Shown here: piece after piece, positions 17,869-27,356 of the stretch
Position numbering within the stretch: position 1 is the stretch's first letter
How the letters are laid out: the number at the start of each line of letters is the position of its first letter
From: a candidate division TA06 bacterium SM23_40
GTDB lineage: Bacteria > LJUI01 > SM1-40
DNA length: 56,195 bases
Direction of reading: 5' to 3'
Assembly (NCBI GenBank): GCA_001303705.1
Contig: LJUI01000003.1
Span: 1 to 56,195, forward strand
The notes under the pieces: generated by a model
Told to the model about the DNA's origin: nothing
Seen by the model: the letters and a program-made list of their open reading frames with translations, nothing else
Database searches by the model: none
Program-made: the position numbers and the translations under genes

Positions 17869-19224
17869 TTATGAGAGCGTTCCCGCGATGCGCCCGATCT
17901 CCTCGTCGAGATAGGCTGCAAGGCCGGAGACCTTCCCTCCCACATAGACCTTCTTCGCTTCCCTATCGTGCAAGAATGTGAGCTTATAACTGGGGAGGAA
18001 GACGCGCACTCCCATGCCGAGCATAAAAGTGATGAACGCGAACCAGAGGAGCGGAATGCCTGGATCACGGCGCCAATTGAGGCCGCTCGCCTCCCTCACC
18101 TCCGTCAGCGTAAACGTCAGACCCAGCGCCGAGAGGGGTTCATCCTGCACCAGCGTCCCCAGCTTCTCCCTCCCCATCGGCGCATCCTCCTTGTACACAT
18201 AGAGCGTGGTATTGGGCACGATCGGTTCGGGCTCATCGCCCTTATCGAACAGCGTTCCCACGTAGATCGTCCTCACCATGAACTCCTCGATACGCCCCGG
18301 TACCCTGAATTTCTCGTACGCACTTCCGCTCACAACCGACGGAACGGGGGTCGCCCCAGCCTGGAGGGCCCCGGCGCCCTGCCCCGACTCCATCGTATCA
18401 TCCACAGATACCTGAAGCTTGAAGTCCTGGCGGAAATCGTACTGGTACACCGTGATCCCGGCATAGCGGAGAGGCGTATTCACCTCGATCGTCTCTCTGG
18501 TCTTCTCCTCTCCGCCTTCGTACACGACCAAGCTGCTCTTCCAGTCCCTGGGGAAGTAACTCTCGTTGAACCAGGTCTGCTCGGTGATGAACTCCTTCAG
18601 TTCCAGCTCGAAACTATCGCCCTCGGCGGTCCCTCGGGCGAACTGCCCTTTGGGCAGAGAGCGACGCTCTCCAGGATAGAGATAGAAGTCCCCCATCTGG
18701 ACATAGCGAGCGGTCAACACGAACCCGATCACGAACAGGAAGAGTGCAAGATGGTAGAGGATCGACACCAGCCGGGAGGGGAGGCCACGCTGGGCGACGA
18801 CGATATCACTGCCGCCCTCAGAAAAGGAAGTGGTCCGGAAGCCACGCCTTGCCAGAAAATCACACAGCCTCTGCATGCTGTCATCTGTGACATCGAGTAC
18901 GCGGCGGGCTCCCATGCGCAGGATATCCGGCGATGCCACCGCCCGCCGACGCAGTGTTGTGAATCCGTCGATCGTGCAGAGCAAGAGCTGGAGAAAGGTA
19001 ACGAAGCCGAGGAAGAGGAACCATGGAGTATGGAAGATGTCCATCAGTCCCCATGCGTACAGCCGCGCGAACTTACCGAAGCCCCAGGAGGCGATATAGT
19101 CCTCTTCTGATCCTCCCAGCGGCAGCTGGGGGACGATTGTGCCGACCAGCATTACGATCGCCAGGAGAGCCAGGAGAAATAGTGAGATCTTCGTCGAGAT
19201 GAATGCACGATAGAACTGTCTCAT
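17869..19224 (-). CDS. resB: Cytochrome c biogenesis protein ResB/Ccs1 (system II)
   Basis: Motifs GTIVPQ, DIFHTPWF, LLCT, YH, IEVNTPLRY and SGLNWRRDPG plus a TM helix; adjacent to ccsA. Confidence 0.85.
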   Translation of the reverse strand: MRQFYRAFISTKISLFLLALLAIVMLVGTIVPQLPLGGSEEDYIASWGFGKFARLYAWGLMDIFHTPWFLFLGFVTFLQLLLCTIDGFTTLRRRAVASPDILRMGARRVLDVTDDSMQRLCDFLARRGFRTTSFSEGGSDIVVAQRGLPSRLVSILYHLALFLFVIGFVLTARYVQMGDFYLYPGERRSLPKGQFARGTAEGDSFELELKEFITEQTWFNESYFPRDWKSSLVVYEGGEEKTRETIEVNTPLRYAGITVYQYDFRQDFKLQVSVDDTMESGQGAGALQAGATPVPSVVSGSAYEKFRVPGRIEEFMVRTIYVGTLFDKGDEPEPIVPNTTLYVYKEDAPMGREKLGTLVQDEPLSALGLTFTLTEVREASGLNWRRDPGIPLLWFAFITFMLGMGVRVFLPSYKLTFLHDREAKKVYVGGKVSGLAAYLDEEIGRIAGTLS

Positions 19225-19295
19225 GGTATCTCCATCATGTCAGAATTGCACCGATCTCTCTTCGACACCCACTCCAGACTTCAGGGATATCCACT

Positions 19296-20147
19296 CTATA
19301 CAGCATAGAGGTGGAGGCTCTGGAGGCCGAGCAACTTGGCCAGCCAGTTCACACCCACGAACGTAAAGATCATACAGATGAAACCCAGAATATTGAGCGC
19401 CGACGCCCGCCCGCCGGACCATCGCGGCGTCACCTTGGCGTGGAGATAGATGGCGTAGACGGTCCACGTGATGAGTGACCACGTCTCCTTCGGATCCCAT
19501 GCCCAGTACCGTCCCCAGGCAGTCTCAGCCCAGGCAGCGCCCGAAAAGATCCCAAATGTGAGTAGCGGAAAGCCGAACAGTATGAGATTGTATGCCATGC
19601 GGTGGAACACGATCACGGAATCCCGATCGAGACCATATGCTAAACCTCTCCCCCTCCTCACCTGGCGCGCGGCTACAAGGTAGCTCACTTCGACAGCAAA
19701 TGCGACGACGAAGATCGCATACGAAGCAAATGCGACGGAGACGTGCCAGAAGAACCAGACGCTCTGGAGCGCGGGGTACAACGGCTTGACGCCATGCGGA
19801 AGCGTGTTGGCATAGATGCAGGCAGCAGTGGCAACAGCTGTGACGATGACTCCTGTCACCCTGATCTTCCGTCGCCACTCCGCGAATAGATATGCGAGAA
19901 CGCTCGTCCAGGCGAACCAGGAGAGGCTCTCGTAGAGAGTCTGGAAGGGTGGCCGTTGTGCCTCGGCATAGCGCAGAACGATGACGGCCGTATGTGCCAC
20001 CAGGCAGAGGACGAGGACAGACGTGGCCGCCCTCCCGGTCAGCCGCCTGGGTACAATCAGATAGATAAGATACAGAAGACAGGAGAGCCCATATCCGAAT
20101 AAGAGCAGATCGAAGATGCGGGTTTCAACGACCGATAGTGCACTCAC
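19296..20147 (-). CDS. ccsA: Cytochrome c assembly protein CcsA/ResC
   Basis: WWD motif GAAWAETAWGRYWAWDPKETW; PALQSVWFFWHV; multiple TM segments. Confidence 0.93.
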   Translation of the reverse strand: MSALSVVETRIFDLLLFGYGLSCLLYLIYLIVPRRLTGRAATSVLVLCLVAHTAVIVLRYAEAQRPPFQTLYESLSWFAWTSVLAYLFAEWRRKIRVTGVIVTAVATAACIYANTLPHGVKPLYPALQSVWFFWHVSVAFASYAIFVVAFAVEVSYLVAARQVRRGRGLAYGLDRDSVIVFHRMAYNLILFGFPLLTFGIFSGAAWAETAWGRYWAWDPKETWSLITWTVYAIYLHAKVTPRWSGGRASALNILGFICMIFTFVGVNWLAKLLGLQSLHLYAV

Positions 20148-20301
20148 GTTCGTTCCTCCTTCGCGGTCAGCAGACTCTCCGCCATCCCTCTCTGCTGCTG
20201 CTCACCAGATGTATCGGCCCCGCTGGGCCGGCTCCCGAAGTGCTTCCTCTGGCGAATCGACGTCATCACGGCCGGGGAAGGGGACAGGAGACCGATCTTC
20301 A

Positions 20302-20745
20302 TCAGATGTCCAGCGCCTCGTCTGTCAGCGCAACCAGCTCCCGACGCTTGTCCACCACCAGTGCCATTTTATTGATTACATCCCGACCCAGGAGGCTCGG
20401 TATCTGATTCTTGATTTCGTCAGGCAGGTCGGCCTGACGGCTTATGAAGATACGGTCGAGTCGCTCCTCATATCTCCGGTGTTCTTCGGAGAAGAAGCTG
20501 AGGATGGCATCTTCGACGTAGTACGTATCGGCGAAGCCGCCGATCCCGAGCATCCCTTCCTCCATCCTGGCGATAGACTCGAATTCTACGCCGAGCTTCA
20601 GCGCATCCCTCTCACTGATAATCGTGCGAAGCACACCAGTATCAACGACAAATGAAACGGCTCGTCTCACCCGCGTCTCCGGGAGTTCAACCATCACGTC
20701 GAGACATGCCGAGCCGTCCCAGTGGAAATATCCCTTGATCTTCAC
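20302..20745 (-). CDS. Retropepsin-like (clan AA) aspartyl protease
   Basis: Catalytic-like FVVDTG and C-terminal SLLGRDVI motifs; GTGA start/stop overlap with the upstream gene. Confidence 0.75.
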   Translation of the reverse strand: MKIKGYFHWDGSACLDVMVELPETRVRRAVSFVVDTGVLRTIISERDALKLGVEFESIARMEEGMLGIGGFADTYYVEDAILSFFSEEHRRYEERLDRIFISRQADLPDEIKNQIPSLLGRDVINKMALVVDKRRELVALTDEALDI

Positions 20746-21026
20746 AAGCTGATGATCATCCTTTCTTTCCCGATGAACTCCGTGGCAATGAATCTCGACT
20801 CTTCGCCAAAAAGCTCATCGAGCTGCCTGGTGAGCTCCACTATGTCTGTATGATGACACACCACCTCCCCATCGAGTACGGCCACGAAGCTATTGAGGTA
20901 CTGAGTCTTCAACTCATGATACTGCCTCGCGATCCACTCAGAATCCTGACGAAGGCGAAGCATCTTCTTGCATTCTATTTCCTCGCCACGCGGCCCGCTC
21001 TCTCCACGTTCGCTGGAAGCGTTCAT
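20742..21026 (-). CDS. DUF5678-like small protein
   Basis: Pattern WIARQYHELKTQYLNSFVAVLDGEVV; ATG 21026 follows AAGGAGG. Confidence 0.7.
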   Translation of the reverse strand: MNASSERGESGPRGEEIECKKMLRLRQDSEWIARQYHELKTQYLNSFVAVLDGEVVCHHTDIVELTRQLDELFGEESRFIATEFIGKERMIISL

Positions 21027-21234
21027 CGCGCGCCTCCTTTCACTCCTGGAACAGAATGCCCCACCACGTCTGATTGCCGCCACACTGCCCCGACTCAGGG
21101 CACCAAATCTCCCCCTTTGTAACCCCTTTCACCCCTCCTGTCAAGCTTCAATCTCCTGCCGCATAGTCTCACCCCGCCCGCCATCTCCACAGATCGCCAG
21201 TGCGCATATTCACGTGCCGGCACCGGGCTATCTC

Positions 21235-21957
21235 CTAATCAGGTCCCGGCGGAGGACGGCCCGCCACTCTCGCCACCCAGATGCTCACTTCGTATAGTAT
21301 GAGAAGCGGGATGCCCAGGGCCGCCATCGTGACGACATCGGGCGGGGTGAGCATTGCTGCCATGAGGGCGATAGCCACTACGGCCGCCCGCCTCTTCTCC
21401 CGGAGTCCGTCGGCTGTCACGATCCCCAATTTGCTCAGGAAGAGTACGATGACGGGGAGCTCGAACACGACACCGAAGCCGATCGATAACTGGAGGACGA
21501 ACGACAAATACCGGTCAACGCTGATCAGCTCCTCCAACGACTCGGCACCGAACCGGAGAAAGAAGCGAACCGCCAGCGGGAGGATACCGAACAGCGCGAA
21601 TCCTACACCGACGACGAACAGGAGCGTGGCGCTCACCACGGCAGGGAGGGCGTACCCACGCTCGCGCTTGCTCAGGGCCGGCACGACGAATGCCCAGGCC
21701 TGGTATAGAATGACCGGAGTGCTGGCGGCTACCCCGACTGCGATGGCAACCTTGAGCCGCGCCAGAAACGCTCCGGTAACGGTGAAGAAGTACAGCGCTC
21801 CAACCGGGCGGGCGAGGATCCTGATCAGATAGGGAGAGAGGAACCAGCCGACAATGGCGAATACGGCAACGGAGATGAGGCAGACAATGATCCTCCACCT
21901 CAACTCCTCGAGATGGTCGAGAAGGGGCATCACCTTCTCGTCTCGTTCCTCATCCAT
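21235..21957 (-). CDS. tatC: Twin-arginine translocase subunit TatC
   Basis: Motifs MPLLDHLEELRWRI, YQAWAFVVPAL, FELP, TPPD. Confidence 0.95.
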   Translation of the reverse strand: MDEERDEKVMPLLDHLEELRWRIIVCLISVAVFAIVGWFLSPYLIRILARPVGALYFFTVTGAFLARLKVAIAVGVAASTPVILYQAWAFVVPALSKRERGYALPAVVSATLLFVVGVGFALFGILPLAVRFFLRFGAESLEELISVDRYLSFVLQLSIGFGVVFELPVIVLFLSKLGIVTADGLREKRRAAVVAIALMAAMLTPPDVVTMAALGIPLLILYEVSIWVARVAGRPPPGPD

Positions 21958-21991
21958 CGATCCGGCGCCCCTTCACATGCTGCACGCTATT

Positions 21992-22573
21992 CTACATCTT
22001 GATCAACCCGGTGAAGCCGAGAAACGCAATAGATAACAGGCTGGCGGTAATCAGGGCGATCGGCACGCCTCTCAGGGACTTCGGGACATCAGCGAACTCG
22101 AGCCGCTCGCGAATCCCGGACATGATCAACAGCGCCAGCGTGAATCCGATCCCCGCCCCCAGTCCGAAGATAACGCTCTTCAGGAAATTGTAGGACTTCA
22201 TCACATTGAGCAACGCCAGCCCCAGGATGGCACAGTTAGTTGTGATCAGGGGGAGGTAGATCCCCAATGCCTTGTACAGGGCGGGAACAGTCTTCCGCAA
22301 CACGGTCTCCACGAACTGGACAAGCGAAGCGATGACGAGGATGAAGGCCACAATCTGGAGAAATCCCAGATTGAGGGGAACGAGGACGTAGTTGTACAGC
22401 AGGATAGTGCCTACTGAGGCGAGCGTCATCACGAAGATCACCGCCATGCCCATCCCAAACGCCGTTTCAACTTTCTTCGAGACACCGAGAAACGGGCAGA
22501 TGCCGAGGAATCTGGCAAGTACGAAGTTGTTGACGAGTACAGCGGCGACGAAGATGACGAACAATTCTCCCAT
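21992..22573 (-). CDS. rnfA: Rnf complex subunit A
   Basis: Motifs NNFVLARFLGICPFLGVS and LPLITTNCAILG. Confidence 0.95.
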   Translation of the reverse strand: MGELFVIFVAAVLVNNFVLARFLGICPFLGVSKKVETAFGMGMAVIFVMTLASVGTILLYNYVLVPLNLGFLQIVAFILVIASLVQFVETVLRKTVPALYKALGIYLPLITTNCAILGLALLNVMKSYNFLKSVIFGLGAGIGFTLALLIMSGIRERLEFADVPKSLRGVPIALITASLLSIAFLGFTGLIKM

Positions 22574-22575
22574 TG

Positions 22576-23172
22576 CTATGACCCTTCGACTCCGGTGAGT
22601 TTGTTCATTGCCCCCAGGAGCAATCCCAGAGCGAGGAACGCCCCGGGCGGCAGGAGCATAATGATGGCCGGCTCATAGGCTGCGGTGACTACGGAGACGC
22701 CGAAGATAGTCCCGTTTCCCAGCATCTCGCGGATCCCCCCGAGCACGACGAGAGCGAGTGTGAACCCGATCCCCATGCCGAGGCCGTCGAGAATCGAGGC
22801 GAGGACGGGATTGCGCGATGCGTACGCCTCTGCCCTGCCGAGAATGATGCAGTTGACTACAATGAGCGGCACGAACAGGCCGAGCACCTTGTGCATCTCG
22901 TGAGCAAACGCGTTCATCACGAGATCGATGACGGTGACGAATGAGGCTATGACGACGATGAAGATCGGTATGCGCACAGCGGGGGGGATAGCCTTCCGAA
23001 ATACAGCGATGACGAAATTCGAGCAGACGAGCACGAACGTTGCCGCCAACCCCATGGCTACGCCGTTTGCCGCAGCGGTCGTGACGGCAAGTGCGGGACA
23101 CATGCCGAGCACTAGGCGCAGCAGCGGGTTCCTCGAGACAATTCCCTTGTTGAACTCATGCCACAAGCTCAT
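22576..23172 (-). CDS. rnfE: Rnf complex subunit E
   Basis: Motifs LGMCPALAVT, PLIVVNCIILGRAE, LPPGAF. Confidence 0.95.
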   Translation of the reverse strand: MSLWHEFNKGIVSRNPLLRLVLGMCPALAVTTAAANGVAMGLAATFVLVCSNFVIAVFRKAIPPAVRIPIFIVVIASFVTVIDLVMNAFAHEMHKVLGLFVPLIVVNCIILGRAEAYASRNPVLASILDGLGMGIGFTLALVVLGGIREMLGNGTIFGVSVVTAAYEPAIIMLLPPGAFLALGLLLGAMNKLTGVEGS

Positions 23173-23858
23173 CGATCCTCCCCCCTCACAGGGATCGGCT
23201 CCTGCCCGGCATCGGGCCCCGTGCCCGGCTCGGTCCCCGTTGATGCCGGACTCGGTCCCTCCCGGGCCTCCTCGAGAATCCGACCACGATATTCGCTGAA
23301 GATCTTCAACCCCCAGCTCACGCCGGCGGCCACACCGCGCGGCGAGATGGTGGCGCCGGTGAGTGCGTCGATATCCCCTCCATCATTGATCACGGCCAGG
23401 TTACCTGCGACGAGCCTGGAGTTTTCCAGCGACTTACCCTTGAACCGGACAGTGAAAGATGATTTTTCGATGTTGGCGCCGAGCCCCGGTGTCTCCAGAT
23501 GCTCGAGTATCTGGATGCCGCTGATCACGCCCTGGAGATCAACGCCGAGCATGACGGTAATGAACCCGCCGTATCCTTCACCCTTCACTGCAAAGGCCAC
23601 GCCGGTCGGTTCTTCACCGCGCTCGCCCACATAGACGGTAACCGTCTCCGGCACCTCCTCCCCGGGAGGGATGACAGGCATGTGCAGAGCCTCCCCGACC
23701 GGATCGTTATCGAACGGAGGCAGTGTTTCCTCGACTGCCCTCAATACCTCGAGCCGTCTCTGCTCCGCGATCGGCGCTTCCGTGACCGCGTTGACGAGCG
23801 CGAGACCGAACGCAGCGGCAAAGCAGGCGACTGCGAGCGAAATAATCAACCGTCCCAT
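23169..23858 (-). CDS. rnfG: Rnf complex subunit G
   Basis: N-terminal TM helix, GYGG, ETPGLG and FMN site DALTGATIS. Confidence 0.92.
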   Translation of the reverse strand: MGRLIISLAVACFAAAFGLALVNAVTEAPIAEQRRLEVLRAVEETLPPFDNDPVGEALHMPVIPPGEEVPETVTVYVGERGEEPTGVAFAVKGEGYGGFITVMLGVDLQGVISGIQILEHLETPGLGANIEKSSFTVRFKGKSLENSRLVAGNLAVINDGGDIDALTGATISPRGVAAGVSWGLKIFSEYRGRILEEAREGPSPASTGTEPGTGPDAGQEPIPVRGEDR

Positions 23859-23974
23859 CTACCACTCCTTCGAATCTCTGTTGCCAACCGGCCGCCCAGC
23901 TCTCTCACACAAGTCCCTCAACTCCGGGCCCACCCCGCGTGGCTGCCGCACGGCCACCTCCCGATCATCCCCCA

Positions 23975-25042
23975 CTATTGCGACGCTTTCATCAGCGTCC
24001 GCTCGCCCAGCTTCTTGGGGCGTGTCCAGCGATCGAGGAGCGGGGTCGCCGCGTTCATCAACAGAATAGAATAGGAGACGCCCTCTGGATATCCTCCCAC
24101 AAGCCGGATGAGCATCGTCAATACCCCACAGCCAACTCCGAATATGATCCGACCGTTCGGTGTCACCGGCGAGGTCACCATATCGGTGGCCATGAAGATC
24201 GCCCCCAACAGGAGCCCCCCGGACATGGCGTGGAAGAGCACATTCCCGCTGAACAGGCCCTCCGTCCCTCCCGCCACCCAGGCCAGAACGAGGACCGTGC
24301 CCACGTATGATACAGGAATGCGCCACTCTATGATCCGCTTGTAGAAGAGCCAGAGGGCTCCCAGAAGGAGCAGCACTGCGCTTGTCTCCCCGATACATCC
24401 GCCAACATTCCCCCAGAAGAGATTGACGAGTGTGCCCCTCGACCCGAGTGCGGCGAGCGCGACTCTCGCCTCTTCCACCTGCCCGGCGAGAGCGTTGGGG
24501 TCGCTGAGTACCTGTTTCGACATCTTGAACAGATTGAGCGGCGTGGCAGTCGTCACTGCATCGAGCCCGAGATCCTGCGCGATGCCGGACATCACCCCCC
24601 GTGATGGCGCCGCCCAGTCTGCCGTCATGTGGACAGGCCAGGAGGCCATCAACAGTGCTCTCCCGGCCAGTGCCGGATTGATAACGTTGTACCCGAGTCC
24701 ACCGAAGAGTTGCTTGACAATCGCGATCGCGAAGAAGGAACCGACCACGGGGAGCCATAGCGGAGTCTTGCCGGGCAGATTGAACGCCAGAAGGATCCCG
24801 GTGACGACGGCACTGCCATCAGCAATGGTAATCGGTTTCCGCCGGAGCCACTGCACCAGAGCCTCAGTCGCCACTGCCGTAGCGACGCTTATGAGCGTGA
24901 GCCAGAGAGCTCTCACCCCGAAGAAGAAGATCGCACCGACAAGGGCGGGCATGAGCGCGACGACGACCTGGAACATGATAGTCTGGACATCCTGGTCGGT
25001 GCGCACATGAGGCGATGTCGATACGATGAGTCTCGCTTCCAT
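23975..25042 (-). CDS. rnfD: Rnf complex subunit D
   Basis: Motifs SPHVR, KQLFGGLG, FMN site TTATPL, GGCIGETS, FMATD, YPEGV. Confidence 0.95.
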   Translation of the reverse strand: MEARLIVSTSPHVRTDQDVQTIMFQVVVALMPALVGAIFFFGVRALWLTLISVATAVATEALVQWLRRKPITIADGSAVVTGILLAFNLPGKTPLWLPVVGSFFAIAIVKQLFGGLGYNVINPALAGRALLMASWPVHMTADWAAPSRGVMSGIAQDLGLDAVTTATPLNLFKMSKQVLSDPNALAGQVEEARVALAALGSRGTLVNLFWGNVGGCIGETSAVLLLLGALWLFYKRIIEWRIPVSYVGTVLVLAWVAGGTEGLFSGNVLFHAMSGGLLLGAIFMATDMVTSPVTPNGRIIFGVGCGVLTMLIRLVGGYPEGVSYSILLMNAATPLLDRWTRPKKLGERTLMKASQ

Positions 25043-25165
25043 AGTCAGCGGCCGTCCTCCGTGCGATCTTCCATACCTCTCTCGTCCGCAGTCGCACCAC
25101 AGATCCAGCTAACGCATCGAAGTCTCTTCCCGGCACCCACGTCTGTTTGATGGAGGACACCGCCT

Positions 25166-26494
25166 CTAGGAGGCCGCGCTCTTCTTCCTCCGTTCCATCA
25201 CCAGCGCTTTGCCATACTTGAAGAACCCGACGAGCCGTCGCCGCGCCGGGCAGACGAACGCGCAACAGCCGCATTCAATGCAGTCCATCAGCCCCCAATC
25301 AGTCGCCTCGTCGAGCAATCCGTACTCTACGTAGTCCTGGATCGTGCACGGCACCAGGCGCATGGGGCAGGTATCGACACAGCGGGCACACCGTATGCAC
25401 GGCTCAGGATCCGGGACGACGGCCTCTTCCTCCGTGAGCACAAGGATGCCGCTCGTTCCCTTTATCACCGGCACCTCATCGGTGAATTGAGCAAGACCCA
25501 TCATCGGCCCTCCGACGATGAGCTTCCCTACTTCCCCACGATATCCTCCGCACGCCTCGATCAGTTGCGCCACCGGAGTACCGATCCTCACCATGAGGTT
25601 CTTCGGTTCGGCGACCGCTGATCCGGTCACAGTGGCGACACGCCTTGTCAGAGGTCGCCCCTCAGTGACGGCCTCATATATCGCCAGAGCCGTCCCGACA
25701 TTCTGTACGAGCGTCCCCACATGAAACGGCAGGCCGCCGCATGGAACTTCACGCCTCAGAAGGGCCTTGATCAGCTGTTTCTCGGCCCCCTGAGGATAGC
25801 GCTCCGGCATCTCTGCCACCCGAAACCCGTTCCCGCCCGCGACGAGTTTCTCCATCAATGCAATGGCATCGGGCTTATTCTCCTCGATGGCGATGAACCC
25901 CTGACGAGCGTCGAGGACCTTCATGATAATCTTCCCGCCCTGTACGATCTCCTCCGCGTGTTCGAGCATGAGGCGATGATCGGCAGTAAGGTATGGTTCG
26001 CACTCCGCGCCGTTGAGGATAACAGTGTCCACCGGGTAGTCCTTAGGGGGAGAGAGCTTGAAGAACGTGGGGAACGCAGCTCCCCCCAGACCCACTATCC
26101 CCGCCTCCTTAATCGCCCCGATCATCTCCTCCCGGGTCTGCTCCGCGGCCGGCTTCAGGACGGCCTTCTCCTCTTCCTCGTCGCTTCCATCGTTGGCGAT
26201 GACGACCGAGAGGATATTCGCCCCGAGCGGATGAGGTCGCGGCTCGATCTTCTTCACTTCGCCGGCGATCGAGGAGTGCGTGGGCACCGAAATCGCGCCC
26301 GCAGCCTCGCCGATCTTCGTCCCCACCCTGACACGATCCCCCACCTTCACGATCGGCTCAGACGGCGCCCCGGTGTGCTGATGGAGGGGAATGACGGCCT
26401 CCTCCGGCGCCGCGAGTTCCTCGATTGCCTTGCCTGAACTCAGGTCCTTATGGTAATGAGGATGTGTCCCCCCGGGAAATCCTCGTCTCCACAT
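25166..26494 (-). CDS. rnfC: Rnf complex subunit C
   Basis: Motifs GIVGLGGAAFPT, NGAECEPYLT, YPQGAEKQL, CIRCARCVDTCP, CIECGCCAFVCP. Confidence 0.95.
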   Translation of the reverse strand: MWRRGFPGGTHPHYHKDLSSGKAIEELAAPEEAVIPLHQHTGAPSEPIVKVGDRVRVGTKIGEAAGAISVPTHSSIAGEVKKIEPRPHPLGANILSVVIANDGSDEEEEKAVLKPAAEQTREEMIGAIKEAGIVGLGGAAFPTFFKLSPPKDYPVDTVILNGAECEPYLTADHRLMLEHAEEIVQGGKIIMKVLDARQGFIAIEENKPDAIALMEKLVAGGNGFRVAEMPERYPQGAEKQLIKALLRREVPCGGLPFHVGTLVQNVGTALAIYEAVTEGRPLTRRVATVTGSAVAEPKNLMVRIGTPVAQLIEACGGYRGEVGKLIVGGPMMGLAQFTDEVPVIKGTSGILVLTEEEAVVPDPEPCIRCARCVDTCPMRLVPCTIQDYVEYGLLDEATDWGLMDCIECGCCAFVCPARRRLVGFFKYGKALVMERRKKSAAS

Positions 26495-26550
26495 CGATCA
26501 GTGACCTCCTGACGCCTGGACCCCCCGACTCATCGATATCGATCGATGCT

Positions 26551-27006
26551 TCACTCCTTGCCCAACAGCCCTTTCAGCTCCTCCATGAACTCGCTTGTAT
26601 CACGAAACTTCCGATAGACAGAGGCGAACCGCACATAGGAGACCTCATCGACGCGGCGGAGGCGTTCCATCACCTTCTCCCCAATCTCGAGAGAAGTCAC
26701 CTCGCTCACCGAAGGGTTGGACAGCTCGGCCTCTATTTCATTCACCATCGCTTCGATGTCATCCATCGAAACTGGCCGCTTGCGACAGGCCGTCACTATC
26801 CCCGCGAGAAGCTTCTCGCGGTCAAACGGCTCCCGGCGGCCATCTCGCTTAACGACCATCAGCGGCGATCGCTCGATGTATTCGTAGGTCGTGAATCGCT
26901 GGTGACAACCGAGACACTCCCGTCTCCTCCGCACTGCCCTCCCCTCCTGGCAGGAGCGGGAGTCGATGACGCGATCCTCCTCGAATCCGCAAAATGGACA
27001 CTTCAT
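26551..27006 (-). CDS. nrdR: Transcriptional repressor NrdR
   Basis: MKCPFC...VIDSR...RRRRECLGC...FTTYE zinc ribbon, ATP cone, YVRFASVY. Confidence 0.97.
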   Translation of the reverse strand: MKCPFCGFEEDRVIDSRSCQEGRAVRRRRECLGCHQRFTTYEYIERSPLMVVKRDGRREPFDREKLLAGIVTACRKRPVSMDDIEAMVNEIEAELSNPSVSEVTSLEIGEKVMERLRRVDEVSYVRFASVYRKFRDTSEFMEELKGLLGKE

Positions 27007-27048
27007 TGGGCTTGCCCTGGGAAAAAGTAGGACGGTACTGGAGCACGG

Positions 27049-27078
27049 ATACTACCCCAGCCGCTCTCGCGCTGTCAA
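27049..27078 (-). promoter_or_regulatory. sigma70-type promoter of nrdR-rnf
   Basis: Minus strand TTGACA-18nt-TAGTAT. Confidence 0.6.
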
Positions 27079-27356
27079 CCCAATAATCCCGCGATCCCGG
27101 AATGTACCCCGAAGAACGCACTCCTCTCGTGCAGATATGACGTCACAGACCCCGCACAGCACGAAACCCCCGGGAGATGCGCCCCACTCAGCAGGGGCGG
27201 CAGCCCCCTCAGGACTTGCCGTCTGCGATGAGGAAATCTCGATTGCGCGGACAGTCCGCGCAACGGCGGGGAGGACCAACATCAACAGAAAGCTCCGGAC
27301 CCTGAGTCGACAGAGTGCCGCCGTCGATGAGATTCGGTTAACCGACGTGCCGCCTC

